From the NCBI RefSeq assembly GCF_006345805.1, contig NC_042997.1, positions 173,104,001 to 173,168,000 of the forward strand: a stretch of 64,000 nt of DNA, in the 5' to 3' direction. Shown here piece by piece: positions 51,505 through 64,000 of this stretch. Position 1 is the stretch's first letter; each line of letters starts with the position of its first letter. A program made the position numbers and the translations under genes. Source of the DNA: Octopus sinensis (lineage: Eukaryota). A model generated the notes under the pieces. It worked only from the letters and a program-made list of their open reading frames with translations. It did no database searches and was not told where the DNA came from.

Positions 51505-54500
51505 ATATATACTAAGAGAAGGAAGGATGAGAAAGAAATAGGGTAGAAGAAAGAGAGATGCATACAAGCACCACACACACACATATAATGAAATACACAC
51601 CCACGCATAGGTACTTATGTGCACATACACACATGTACATACATACAAATATATATTTACAAATACATAATATGAATATACATACATACAAGCACATACA
51701 TAAATATATGCACATGCATACACACATACATACATACACACGATACATTAAGCACACACATGTTGGAGGAAGCTGGAAATGTTTGATAGTTAGGTATGTT
51801 GGAATAGGAAGGTATGTCTGCAGCAAGAATGAAGAGGAGGGGGTGGAGGAGGAGGAAGCGGAGATAAACTTTAGTAAGGAAATGTAGTGTGAAATATTAA
51901 GCAAACATTGGTTACTATATAAACTAATCATGATACTGATAATGACAAAATAGGAACAAGGGATTAGTTTACGGCAACCAGAAGAGAGAGAGAGAGAGAG
52001 GGAAGGAGAGAGAGGGAAGGAGAGAGAGGGAAGGAGAGAGAGGGGGGTAGAAAGCTTGCATGGGTGGAGAGTGGGTAAAAAAAAAAATTTATACCACAAA
52101 AGAAAAAAAATTAAATATATAAAATATAAACATTGTGTGCCACAGTTGGAGAGTTTGCAAGGAATGGTATGAGGTAGGGGCAGGGGGTGACTATGAAGGC
52201 AGGGTAGGAATGAGATAGTTAGGGAATTGTGAGATAGGATTAGGTTTTTGGGACCAAGGGTAGGAAAATATAAAGAAAGTAGAGGAGAATGAATAACAAC
52301 AATGAAAAAGGAAAAAAAGGAGGTGGAAATACAAAAAAAAAAAAATAAAGAAATTATAGTGTTAAAAACACATCTTCCACACTTGAATTGGCAAAGGGTT
52401 GGTTCCAGAAACAAAAGACTACCCTGTGGGGTACAACAACCAATGATAATAGTTTCAAATTTTGGTACAAGGCCAACAAGTTCAGGGAAGGGGTTAAGTC
52501 GATTACATCACCCCCAGGGCTCAGCTGGTACTTATTTCATTGACCCTGAAAGGATGAATGGCTAAGTCAACCTCAGCGGAACTTCAACTCAAAACCAATA
52601 ATTATATAAACGAACTTAGTAGATCTGTCAGAATAGATCAGATGCTAAGTAATAAGTTGTATAATGAATTTAGGTGCAGGTATGACTGTGGGGTAAAGAT
52701 GTTTGTTTCTTAACCACATGGTCCCAAGTTCAGTCCCATTGTGTGGCACCTTGGGAAAATGAATTCAGCAATAGCTCCAAGCCAACCTAATTATGAGTGG
52801 ATTTGGTAGACAGGAACTAAGTGGAGGTCCACTGGGTGTGGGTGTGTGTGTGTGTAAGACTACAACTAATCAACCAGTGTTGGTGTGTTTACATCCCTGT
52901 AACTTGGTGGTTTGACTAAAGTGACCTATAGAATAAGTAACTGGCTTTCAAAAAATAAGTTTAAAAAATACTAAACTGGCTTTCAAAAAATAAGTTTAAA
53001 AAATACTAGAGTTGAGTCGTGGGATTAAAATTCTTCAAGGCAGTGCTAAGCATGGCTGTAATCTGATGAATGAAAGAAGATAAAAGATAAAAAAAAGAGG
53101 ATAGCTAAGGAGGGTACTGGAGGTGGAATAGAGCTTGGTTGGGAGAGAGTGTAGGTCGAAAATTATCTTTATTTTTTCCAAAGAGCAAGAACATGGAGGA
53201 GGAGGAGGAAGGGAGAGGCAGGGAGAGAACAGTAGTATCACTACAATCCACTACCTCAGAGACATTTTAACTACAAAACCAGATATTATTTTGTTTACTT
53301 TAAAAAAATTTTTTTTTTATCACAAACTCAAGAGTTACAGAGTGCCAACTAGAAAAAGTACAATGAACAGAAAGAGTACTGCTAAAGAGAATCTGAAAGA
53401 AACAAGAGAGCTTGGGACAGAATTTCTAGTAAATTACCATACCACACTACAGTTATCACTGTTAAAGCATCAGCTTCATACGATGTTGATGTTAATATTT
53501 ATACATTCATACATACAAACACACACACACACACAAATATTTTTCAGCTTCTAAGCACACATAAGCATAAATATTTATATTTATATATACATGTGTACGC
53601 CTATATATTATAGATCATATACGCACATGTATACATATATACACATATACATTGATATACACACATTCATTACACACATATACACATACAAGTACATAAT
53701 ACACATTACATAGACACGAATACACATACATAATATTCGCATGTTTAAAGCTTCAATATATATATATTATATGTCTCACATATCTATATACACATGCAAG
53801 CATGCTTAGATTCTAACATATATATAAATATATACACAGATGTCAAGAAGTGGTGAGGATCAAACGTAGACACAAAGACACACACATATATGTTCATGCA
53901 TCTTAATGTCTGTGTTTGTCCTCCACCCACCACTTTACAACAGCTGTTGGTATGTTTATGTCCCCATAACTTAGCAGAATGACAAAAGTGACCAATAGAA
54001 TAGGTACCAGGCTTGAAAAAAAAAAAAAACAGAATAAGAGGTACCAGGCTTGAAAAAAGAATAAGTCCTGCAGTCAGTTCATTTGACTAAAAATTTCTCA
54101 AGCTGATGCCCCACCCAATATGGACAGTCTGATGACAGAAAGAAGTGAGGGATATTTATTGACACACATTATACATAAATCCAAACACAGAGACACAGGT
54201 CCATACACACACGGACACGGAATTCACACGCAAGATGAACAGAACCCCTGAATTATTGCATGGACTAACAATAGTGACCTGCAGAATCCATGCAACCATT
54301 AAAAGAGTATATGATGATGATGATGATGTGCATGTGAGTGCAGTCACACACACACAAACAAGGTACATTAAATTAGATATTACTGAGATATTTTCCACCA
54401 ACCAAAAGTTCTCAAAAGCTTATTATTCAGTAATATGGCCTGCTAGAAAGAGAAGTGAACAATCCATAAATCTCCCTTTGAAAAAATGCCCTTAGCGAAC

Positions 54501-55053
54501 GATATAGTACTGGACATACAAAAACACAAATACAAAAAAAAAAACAAAAAACTGGTCACAACTCTGCTTGATCTGGTCTAATATGGGCTAAACAGTTACA
54601 AGTAACCTGTTATAGGGGTTGCATGAGCTGCTAAAAAGGGGTCTATATCTCCTTGAACTCCTGTCTTGCTGTGTTGAAAGATGTACAACTGGATAATATT
54701 GACTTAGATAATAGTCAAGAGAGGATGGAATAAAGACAGGTAGAACACCTTTCATCTTAGCCAGTCCTTAATCAGAACTGACCTGTGTCCAGTCCTTAAT
54801 CAGAACTGACCTGTGTAATAAAACAACAAACAGGAGGAGGATTGTTTTCAATTAATATATATTTCTTTACTACCCACAAGAGGCTAAACATAGGAGGGAC
54901 AAACAAGGACAGATCAATGAATATAATGATCTGCCTGTACATAGGCAGTAGTTTCAACATTTTGATTAGAAAAAGTGAAATAAAAAAAAAATGACAATAG
55001 CACCACCATTTATACCAACTAAAAAGATAAATAAATAAATAAATAGATACCAC

Positions 55054-55470
55054 AGGCGCAGGAGTGGCTGTGTGGTAAGTAGCTTGCTAACCAACCACAT
55101 GGCTCCGGGTTCAGTCCCACTGTGTGACATCTTGGGCAAGTGTCTTCTGCTATAGCCCTGGGCCGACCAATGCCTTGTGAGTGGATTTGGTAGACGGAAA
55201 TTGAAAGAAGCCTGTCGTATATATGTATATATATAGATGTGTGTGTGTGTGTGTATGTGTTTGTGTGTCTGTGTTTGTCCCCCAAGCATTGCTTGACAAC
55301 CGGTGCTGGTGTGTTTACGTCCCTGTCACTTAGCGGTTCGGCAAAAGAGATCGATGGAATAAGTACTGGGCTTACAAAGAATAAGTCCCGGGGTCGATTT
55401 GCTCGACTAAAGGCGGTGCTCCAGCATGGCCGCAGTCAAATGACTGAAACAATTAAAAGAGTAAAAGAGA
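55054..55470 (+). mobile_element. SINE family A, best full-length copy (tRNA-derived head)
   Basis: A-box TGGCTGTGTGG (55065-55075), B-box GGTTCAGTCCC (55108-55118), then cttgggcaagtg (CORE-like start), internal (AT)/(GT)n and an aaaagag tail. Confidence 0.93.
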
Positions 55471-56038
55471 TAAAAAGAGAGCGTAAATTCTTAAAATACA
55501 AGAAACATTACTAGAAATAATAGTAACACTATTAAGAACAACATGCACCTTATAAAGCAGGAAGAAAACTTGTAAAACAAAATAAACTGCTTCTTTACGA
55601 AAAATATATTTTGGAACAAGGAAAAAAATTGGTAGAGTTACAGAGATGGGAAAAAAAAAACTAAAAACAGAAATACAATCGAAATCAAATATAGCTAAAA
55701 TAATTTCTGTGACAATGAAAATGATTAAAAGCCGATTGAGAAAAGATTTTAGTGAAATAGCAGACATACCAAGAGAGTAGACAATTAAAATATTAATTCA
55801 AATTTTACACATACGCATGTGTGCATGTGTATATTTTATGTGTGTATGTGTGTGTGTGTGTTATCTTTGTTGTTCTAAAGAATTGATTTCATTAACTCGT
55901 CTATTTTAGATGAATTTCTTCTTAAAAAACCACTTTTTCATTGTATTATGTGTGTGTAAATTTGAAGTACTATTGTAATTGTCTACTTATTGATATATCT
56001 GTTATTTCACTAAAATGTTTTTTTTTAATTGACTTTTA

Positions 56039-56069
<31 letters not shown>

Positions 56070-56180
56070 CATGTGACCGACCAGTCCATCAGATGTAGTT
56101 ACACATCACTGGTCACAATGCGTTCGCATTGTTTTAGCCTTCGAATGACGCCACCCCGCTGGCTAAGCGAGCAGGCCAAT
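56070..56180 (-). mobile_element. SINE family D, 3' fragment
   Basis: Reverse complement of the 39900-40011 tail. Confidence 0.8.
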
Positions 56181-58268
56181 ATATATATATATAAACGATG
56201 ATGATGATGATGATGATACACACACACACACGCGCATATGCACATGTATTCTTCGAAACACAGAACGTTTGCCTGTCTCTTTTCACATGTGTTACCCCCT
56301 AGGAGTGGTTCTGTTTCAAGTACCCTTTGGAATAAACATGCTGGGTGCCTCAGCAACTAGTTCATTTCAAATTTCAGTATCACATAAAATGTAAGGTCTT
56401 AAATTACTATTTCAGCTCAAATGGGCAATGATTGGGTCAGCAATATTGGGGCATAATTTTGTTTTTCAACTAAAGCGACACTATTCAAAAGGCTTTAAAC
56501 ATAAACCATATTTAGCGGCATAAAAGGCACACCGTTGTATAAGTGGCACATATTTAGGAGAAAAGGTTTTTTGAGCATTAAACGTTATAGGAAGCCCAAC
56601 TTTGCAGCTCATTTACAACCACCATATGATGTCTATACACAAGAGTACACACACACACTTTTCATCTACAAACTCCACTCACAAGGTTTGGTTGGCTCAG
56701 GGCTTATTAAAGACACTTGCCCAATATGCTGAGCACCCTGAGCACATATGACTTAGGGCCTTTTTTTTTTTAGCCCTTTTTTTTCCTGGAGTAGTGCAGC
56801 ATAAGGTTCCAATGTGATCATATTAATTTAATGTATTTTCAAATATAGATTTGCAAACTACCACATTTATCTTTTATCACTGTAAGGTATTGCTTTTTGG
56901 AATATCTTAGCATTATCAGGTTATATTTAGGGATAACTTTAAAAACGCTTAGCAACAAAAAAGATCATCATAATAACAAACCAAGTTTAGATAATATAAA
57001 CAGGATTTATTATGACTACACCCTTAAAACAACAAATAGCCAACATTTAAAGAAAAACAGATTAAGTACATAAAATGAAAGTGAAAGGAGTTGATGAAGT
57101 GATTGGTATAATGAAAACTTTACTTTTAAGAGCACAAGAATCTGACTAGTCCTTAATTATAATGGAATTCACAGAAATAAAATGATGAGGATGATGAATG
57201 AGAGCTTTGGCATTGTAAGGGCATCTCAACATTGATTTCAGTATCACTGACTAGATGACTGGCTAAGTACAGGAAATTGCCTTCATCATTACCATTTAAA
57301 GTCCACATTCCCATGCTTGCATGAGTCCGACAGAATTTGCCAAGGTAGATTTTCCACAGCCTGAAGCCCTTCCTATTATTAATCCTCACCAGTTTCAAAG
57401 CAAGGGAATATTTCCCCCCATGGCCAAGCATGTTTTTCACAGAAGAGTTGAAAAGACCACAAAAGGCACACACACACACATATATATATACATACATTAC
57501 ACACACACACACCACACACACATATATATATATACATACATTATACACACACACTTCTTTCAGTTTCTGCCTGAAAAATCCACACGCAAAAGCTTTGGTT
57601 GACCCAGGGTTATAGTAGAAGATACTTGTCCAAGATGATGTGCAGTGGGACTGAACCCAAAAGTGCTGAGTTGGGAAGCTAGATTCTTAATCACACAACA
57701 TTCCTACAACTATCATTTTGATAAAAAAAAACCCTTTAAGCTGCATTGTTGCAATCTAATAACTAAATAACATCAAATAAATTCTTTAAACATTATTGGG
57801 ATTCTCACAGCAGGATAGAATACCTCTGATACTAACAGCCAAAAGATTGGAATACCAATCTTGCAAAACCTTGAACAGCTTCCATGCAGCTAGAAGAACT
57901 ATACATGAGCTAATGATGGAACCTTTATGCAATTGCTGAACAAGCTAGAAATAACAGCTGCCTTGAAAGGAAACATGATGGAAAAAAAAAACCATGAGAG
58001 ACAAAACAATCCAATTCTGTACTACTTCCAAACATAGTGTAAGACTGCATGCAGTCCTATGTCCCCTTCACTAAAATTTGAATATTGTATCAAGCAAGTT
58101 CGTACAGAGGTTCCTTTGTTGGTTCAAGTGTAGTGTGTATGTGTGCATGTGAGAGAGAGTGAAAGTCTATGTCTAAATGGTTACATTGCTTACTAAATCT
58201 TAAAGTGGTTCAGTTTGATATGCTATAACATTTCACAGTCAAAGAAAGGTGTGGAATGTAAGTAATAT

Positions 58269-58309
<41 letters not shown>

Positions 58310-58413
58310 TAAATGAGGGTGAAAAATTAGATATTAATTTAATAATACCATTAGTTTAACACCAAGCGGCCTAGCACATAAAAACCAGGGAGACAATACA
58401 AATTTATCCGTAA

Positions 58414-58526
58414 ATATAAGAGAGTTACTGTTAAATTGGTTAACTCTAGTGCTAGAAATAGGAAATAGGAATAAGGAGCTATTTCTAGCACTAGAGTTAA
58501 CCAATTTAACGGTAACTCTCTTATAT
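58414..58526. repeat. Fold-back palindrome, 48-bp arms
   Basis: 58414-58461 versus 58479-58526, 1 mismatch, 17-nt spacer. Confidence 0.9.
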
Positions 58527-59537
58527 ATATATATATAATATATATATATATAATCCACCAACTGTACTACATACACTAGACCAACAAGCAACTAATAATA
58601 AAATTATCTAAAATTTGAATTTCCACTTTTATCCCATGCAGCTATCACCAACATACACATGAATGCATTTATGTATATGTGTGTGTGTGTATGTGAGGAG
58701 AGAGATAGAGAGAGAAAGAGAGGGCTCTATATGTTTTATCAAATGAATTATCTACTTTTCTACTATATGCTATTGAATCAAAGCAAAGAAGATTAATTTC
58801 TCCATTCAGCTAGAATGATCCTCAATAGGGAATGAAGGAGAAAATATTCAATAAGTATAGAAAAGATTTTATATTAAGAATTACGAAAGAAAATAAACAA
58901 ATAAATAAATAACAGGAAAAATAAAACAGAAAAAAAGAACAAACAACAAACAACAGTGGTGTATGAATAAAAACATAACTGTAACAGAAAAGAGTAAATC
59001 TTGCTTATTCCCTAGTTGGCTTTGAGCCATATCAACTAATTCACAATTGATCTCTGCACCAAATTAAAAAGACTGCTGGGGGTTTCTTGAATCAAACAGT
59101 GTTTATTGCTAGAATAGATTTGACATACAGATCTGACATGCACATAAAACGTCATCATGGGATAATGAGACTGTACATGGCGCGGAAGTGTGTGTGTGTG
59201 TGTGTGTGCATATATATTATATATATATATATACACATATATATATATATATATATGTTCATACACTTCTCTGCTGAGTCATTTAGAATAAAGAATAGTT
59301 CTGTAGAGTCTGCTCCACTCAGACTTGTGTTTCTTTGTTTGTGAGGCAATGTGTAAGCAATAGATAATCTCACACGTACACAAAACACAAAAGCACACAG
59401 AGAACAAACATCTCACATGGTATGGCATGGCATGTAAGGATATTAATTAGAAAGATATATATATATTAGAAAGATATATATATGAGGGGAGAGATAGGAT
59501 TTGGTACTACCAACAATTAAAAGAGGATTCTAATGAC

Positions 59538-59593
<56 letters not shown>

Positions 59594-59960
59594 CGCAAGT
59601 AAGATTCTGTCACATTTTACACATTATTTAGAGAATTGGAAGAAAAAAAACAAAAAAGAAAGAAGAAAAAAGGAAAAAGAACAAAGGATTGAAATTCAAA
59701 CAAGAGATAGATATATTAACTGAATGAATTAGACAAGGAAACAAATTTTCACACACACACACACACAAAATTTTCAACAAAATAGTTAACTTACTTTCAA
59801 ATTTTGGCACAAAGCCAGGAATTTTAGTGGAAGCATGGTACTCAACTACTATCAATCTTAGTACTTAATAACTTTATTTTATCAATCCCCAAAGGATGAA
59901 AGACAATGCTCACTTCAGCAGTATATTACATTATATATATATACATATACATACATACAT

Positions 59961-59987
<27 letters not shown>

Positions 59988-59991
<4 letters not shown>

Positions 59992-60193
59992 AGAGGGTGC
60001 TGAAAAGTTCCTGGCTTTAAGGGTATTGTGAAAGGCCTGGTTGGGGACTTTTTACAGGGGTTAGAAAAAGTGAAGGGCCTCTGCAATAAGTAAGTGTGTG
60101 AACCTGAAAGGGGAATATGTTGAATAAAATCATAACTGATCCTCTTGTGTTTTCTTTTACCTAAAGCCAGTAACTTTTTAGCACCCTTTCGTG
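59988..60193 (+). mobile_element. Non-autonomous mariner derivative (same family as 44410)
   Basis: gagggtgctgaaaagttcctggcttt...aaagccagtaactttttagcaccct TIRs; shared internal ggggaatatgttgaataaaatc. Confidence 0.75.
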
Positions 60194-60529
60194 AGTGTGT
60201 GTGTGTGTAACAATGTACTGGGTGTTGTTATACACCGCTGGTCACAATGCACTTCCTTGCATCGTTATAGCTTTTGAATGAAGTCACCCTACTGGCTAGG
60301 TAGGTAAGCAAACACTGTCCTTGGATGGCATGGCAATCCATCACAGGGTTACCTATTAATAGCTGAGTGGACTGTGAAACATAGTGATATGCTCAAGAAT
60401 TCAGTGCACCACTGGTTTGGGAATCAAAAAGCATGATCTTGCAACACCCTAACCACTAGACCATACCTATTACATGTGTGTGTATGTGTGTGTGTGTATA
60501 TATATATATGTATGTATGGGAATTGTAGT

Positions 60530-60858
60530 TAAGATACCCATGCTGGTGACACGTAAAAAGTACCATCTTAACGTGGCAGATGCCAGCGCCGCCTGACTGG
60601 TGTCCGTATCGGTGACACGTAAAAGCACCAACCGATTGTGGCCATTTGCCAGCCTCCTCTGGCCCCTGTGTCATTAGCACATAAAAAACACACACTACAC
60701 TCACGGAGTGGTTGGTGTTAGGAAGGTCATCCAGTTGTAGAAACACTGCCAGATCAGACTGGAGCCTGGTGCAGCCTCCTGGTTTCCCAGACCACGGTTG
60801 AACCATCCAACCATCCATGCTAGCATGGAAAACGGACGTTAAACATGATGATGATGAT
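60530..60858 (+). mobile_element. SINE family C with about three head units
   Basis: gtgacacgtaaaa(a)g.acca repeated; family C core and tail. Confidence 0.85.
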
Positions 60859-60863
60859 GTGTG

Positions 60864-60900
<37 letters not shown>

Positions 60901-60908
<8 letters not shown>

Positions 60909-61111
60909 TGGCTTAAAGTCACCTGACAGCAAATCAAAATTCCAGAAATACTATCTGTAATTCTGTGTTGACTCGAATGGGAAAATGTGTTGTTGGAGAA
61001 GAACTTCAGTTTGAACAATTTTCCTGTTTCATATTTAGATACTTTTATTAAATTCATTCAGTTGTTAAACATAAATAAATCTTGGAATTAACTTTTGCCC
61101 AACCCTGTATA
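60901..61111 (+). mobile_element. Tc1/mariner-like MITE
   Basis: ta-tagggttggcttaaagt / acttttgcccaaccctg-ta TIRs; internal RMGKCVVGEELQFEQF resembles a transposase C-terminus. Confidence 0.65.
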
Positions 61112-61211
61112 TAATGTGTGTGTGTGTGTATACACTAGTTGGCTTCATAGCAGCAGCTATGTGTACATATACATTCACATGCATGCTCATACACACACAA
61201 GCATGTAAAGC

Positions 61212-61441
61212 TATTCCTATAGCATTTAAACTGGCCATATCCAGCCCAAATATTCAACCTGTTTTATGTTCAAATTGGCCAGAGCCAGCCTCTCATACCT
61301 AGTCTACAATGTCATTTTAAAAATAAACAGTTACATCACTGAAATCGCAAAGCTATGAGACAATGCATGAAAAAAAGGAAAATAATGTGAAAATATAAGC
61401 ATTACGTTTGACAGAGTAATCTGAATGCAAACAGATTAAAG
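61212..61441 (+). mobile_element. piggyBac-like MITE (second family), eroded termini
   Basis: tagcatttaaactggccatatccagcccaaatatt...gtaatctgaatgcaaa.agattaa. Confidence 0.7.
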
Positions 61442-62502
61442 AGCATATGCTACTTTGCATAATACAGCAATTCCACCATGTTGATTTTTATTTTCAAATC
61501 AAATATTTAAGAACGTAGAAACACAGATCCTACAAAAGCTGATCAAAACAGAATCATTGATTAGCTTGCAGTTGAGGTTTTGAGTTGTTTTTTTTTATCT
61601 AATTGCTAGGATGTGTGTGCGCGTGCTTATATGCATACACAGAGATATACATACATACATGCAAACACACACACACACACACACACATACATACACAAAC
61701 ATTTTGTGAATCTCGCCAGAAAGCTCAAAAATGATAGTGTATCTGCTTTTCCAGCAAATTGGAAAGAATTTATTATGATAGGAGCATACTTTTCCACTGG
61801 CCCTTGACAGCTTTATTCGTCCTTTCTTGGGAAAGGGTTATCATCAAGCTAAGCACAACAAACAAGGAAAAGAGTGAGCATTGCCATGCCATTCCATTCC
61901 ACTAGGAGAGTGTGAGTAGAGTAAGAAATTCATCTAATCTCTTATATGTATATAGGTTACTATTTCTTCTGTTTCTCTTTGCGCTCTCTCTCACTCTCTC
62001 TCTCTCTCTCTCTGTGTTTCACCTTGCTCTTCTTCTTTCTTATCTCCCCCACCACCGCCATCGCCCTCCACTCTCACCTCCCTCACTCTCAGTCAGAAAT
62101 GATAGACCACACATAACATGTTACAGCATCTAATATCAGTTATTATTTATGAGACTTCCTTGCATGTATAGGCCAATAAGCTGACTGTCAATTTCAGATT
62201 GAGCCATCATCATGTGACTGTTTTCTTGGTGACTGGACAAGGAGAAAAGAAAAGAAGAAAAAAAAGAAAAAGAAAAGAAAAAAAAAAAGCAAAAACAGGA
62301 AAAGCCAATGGAGTAAATCAAATCCACTCATTGATATAAGCAAAAAAAAAAAAAAAGAAAGAAAAGAAAAGAAAAGTAGAAAAATATTTGGAGGAGAGAA
62401 GGAACATTTCTATTTCTATGTAATGTTTTTAAACAGTTATATTCTAGCACATTGAGGAAAAACGTGATTTTGAGCAGGATTTTATTTCTTGAATCTTCTA
62501 TC

Positions 62503-63130
62503 TTTTACTTGTTTCAATCATTGGACTGCAGCCATGCTGGGTACTGTCATGAAGAATTTAGTGGAACAAATTGACCCCAGTACTTATTTCTAAGTCTGGT
62601 AATTATTCTATCGGCTTTGTTTGCCAAACTGCCAAGTTACAAGGACAGTGATGAGGTCAGAGAAAAGGCCTCACACACATATATACACAGCTTCCAGTTT
62701 CCATTTATCATACTCACAGAACATTGGTTAGCCCCGGGCATGGCTACATGGTTCAGAAGCTTGCTTTGCAACCATGTAGTTTTGGGTTCAGTCCCACAGC
62801 ATGATACCTTGGGTAAGAGTTGGTTTTTTTACGATACCCCTAGGCCAAAGAATGACTTATGAGTGAATTTAATAGATGGAAACTGCATAGAATCCTATCA
62901 CATATATTCATGTATTTGTATGTGTGTGTCCTTGCATCTGTCTCCACCCATCACTTGACAACTGGTACTGGTTTATATATCCCCTTAGCAGTTTATCAAA
63001 GAAACTGATGGTGTAAGCACCAGACTTAAAACATCAAGTACTGGAAGTGATTCCTTCAGCTGAAACCTCTTCAAGGTGGTGCCCTAGCACAGGCACAGCC
63101 CATTGACTGAAACGAGTAAAAGATAAAAGA
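62503..63130. mobile_element. Adjacent oppositely oriented SINE family A copies
   Basis: Minus copy ~62503-62720, plus copy ~62738-63130. Confidence 0.7.
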
Positions 63131-63761
63131 TGGTTGCAGTAGGAGTGCCTTTCCTAATAGGTCAGCTCAACCAAGATTGTCTTTGATCTGAACATCAATA
63201 TAATTGATGAGAATTCATATCATAGATATGACATGAAGTTTACAGATTATAAACATTTGACTTAGCATAGCAATAGGATTAGATTACTCATTCAAGGTTC
63301 AATTCCTGACATAATGATACAATAATCTATTTAGGATACAAACATCACAGGGAAAGCTATTTTGATCCCCCGATTTTTTTTTTTGCTTGTATTAAAAAAA
63401 GGAAAAAATATTATTATTATAATTATTATTATTTAAATCACAATTTGGGGACAAAAGCATTGTTCACTGCAAATTTTCAGCAGATAATTGGTTCACTGCA
63501 TTGCTGATAGCAAGAGTAACAGGTTTGTTTTTTTCTCTCCTGTAGTTTAACTTAGTGGAACAAACAGTAAACAAGGGAATATTTTCTATTCAGAAACAGC
63601 ATTTTTCTTGAGGCAGATTTTCTACAGCTGGATGCCTTTCCTGTTGCCAACTCACAACTGTTTCCAAGTAAGGTGATACTCCCACATAGCTTAGCTGGAA
63701 ATGTTTTCATAGATAAATGATGTCAAGACAAGGAGATATGAACTCTCACTCTTGCATGTGT

Positions 63762-63800
<39 letters not shown>

Positions 63801-64000
63801 GGGCTTCTTTTAGTTTTCATCAATCAAATCCACACACAAGGTTTAGGTTGACTCAGAGTAACAGAAGAAGAAATTAGTCCAAGAAACCCTGCAGAGGAAT
63901 TGAACCTGGGACTATGTGCTTAGGAAGCAAGCTTCTTAACCACGCTAGTGAGATATATACATACATTTTATGTGTGTATGTGTGTGTGTCTGAAATTTCT

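Noticed and set aside
55054-55125. tRNA-like A/B boxes
   Set aside because: SINE head; no complete cloverleaf, so not a tRNA gene.

Overview
AT-rich eukaryotic, largely non-coding DNA, most likely intronic/intergenic sequence of an octopus (inference from the repeat families and the density of CA/TA/GA/AAT/CAT microsatellites). No intact host gene or full-length autonomous element is visible, and almost all supplied ORFs are microsatellite or low-complexity artefacts. About five recurring SINE-like families (labelled A-E here) dominate. There are also LINE fragments (RTE, CR1, R4/Dong-like), piggyBac-like and mariner-like MITEs, and several Penelope-like terminal fragments. The strongest finding is a minimal hammerhead-ribozyme-like fold with a compensatory G3:C8 core (18762-18808). 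It lies about 200 bp from a perfect 100-bp palindrome made of the same element. Similar fold-back palindromes recur at 24.4, 30.7 and 58.4 kb. A few candidate minus-strand exons (about 9.6, 7.2 and 3.9 kb) suggest a host gene; the 7.2 kb one has a recursive-splice-site (AG|GTAAG) architecture. Repeat boundaries were read by eye and are approximate unless stated as exact.
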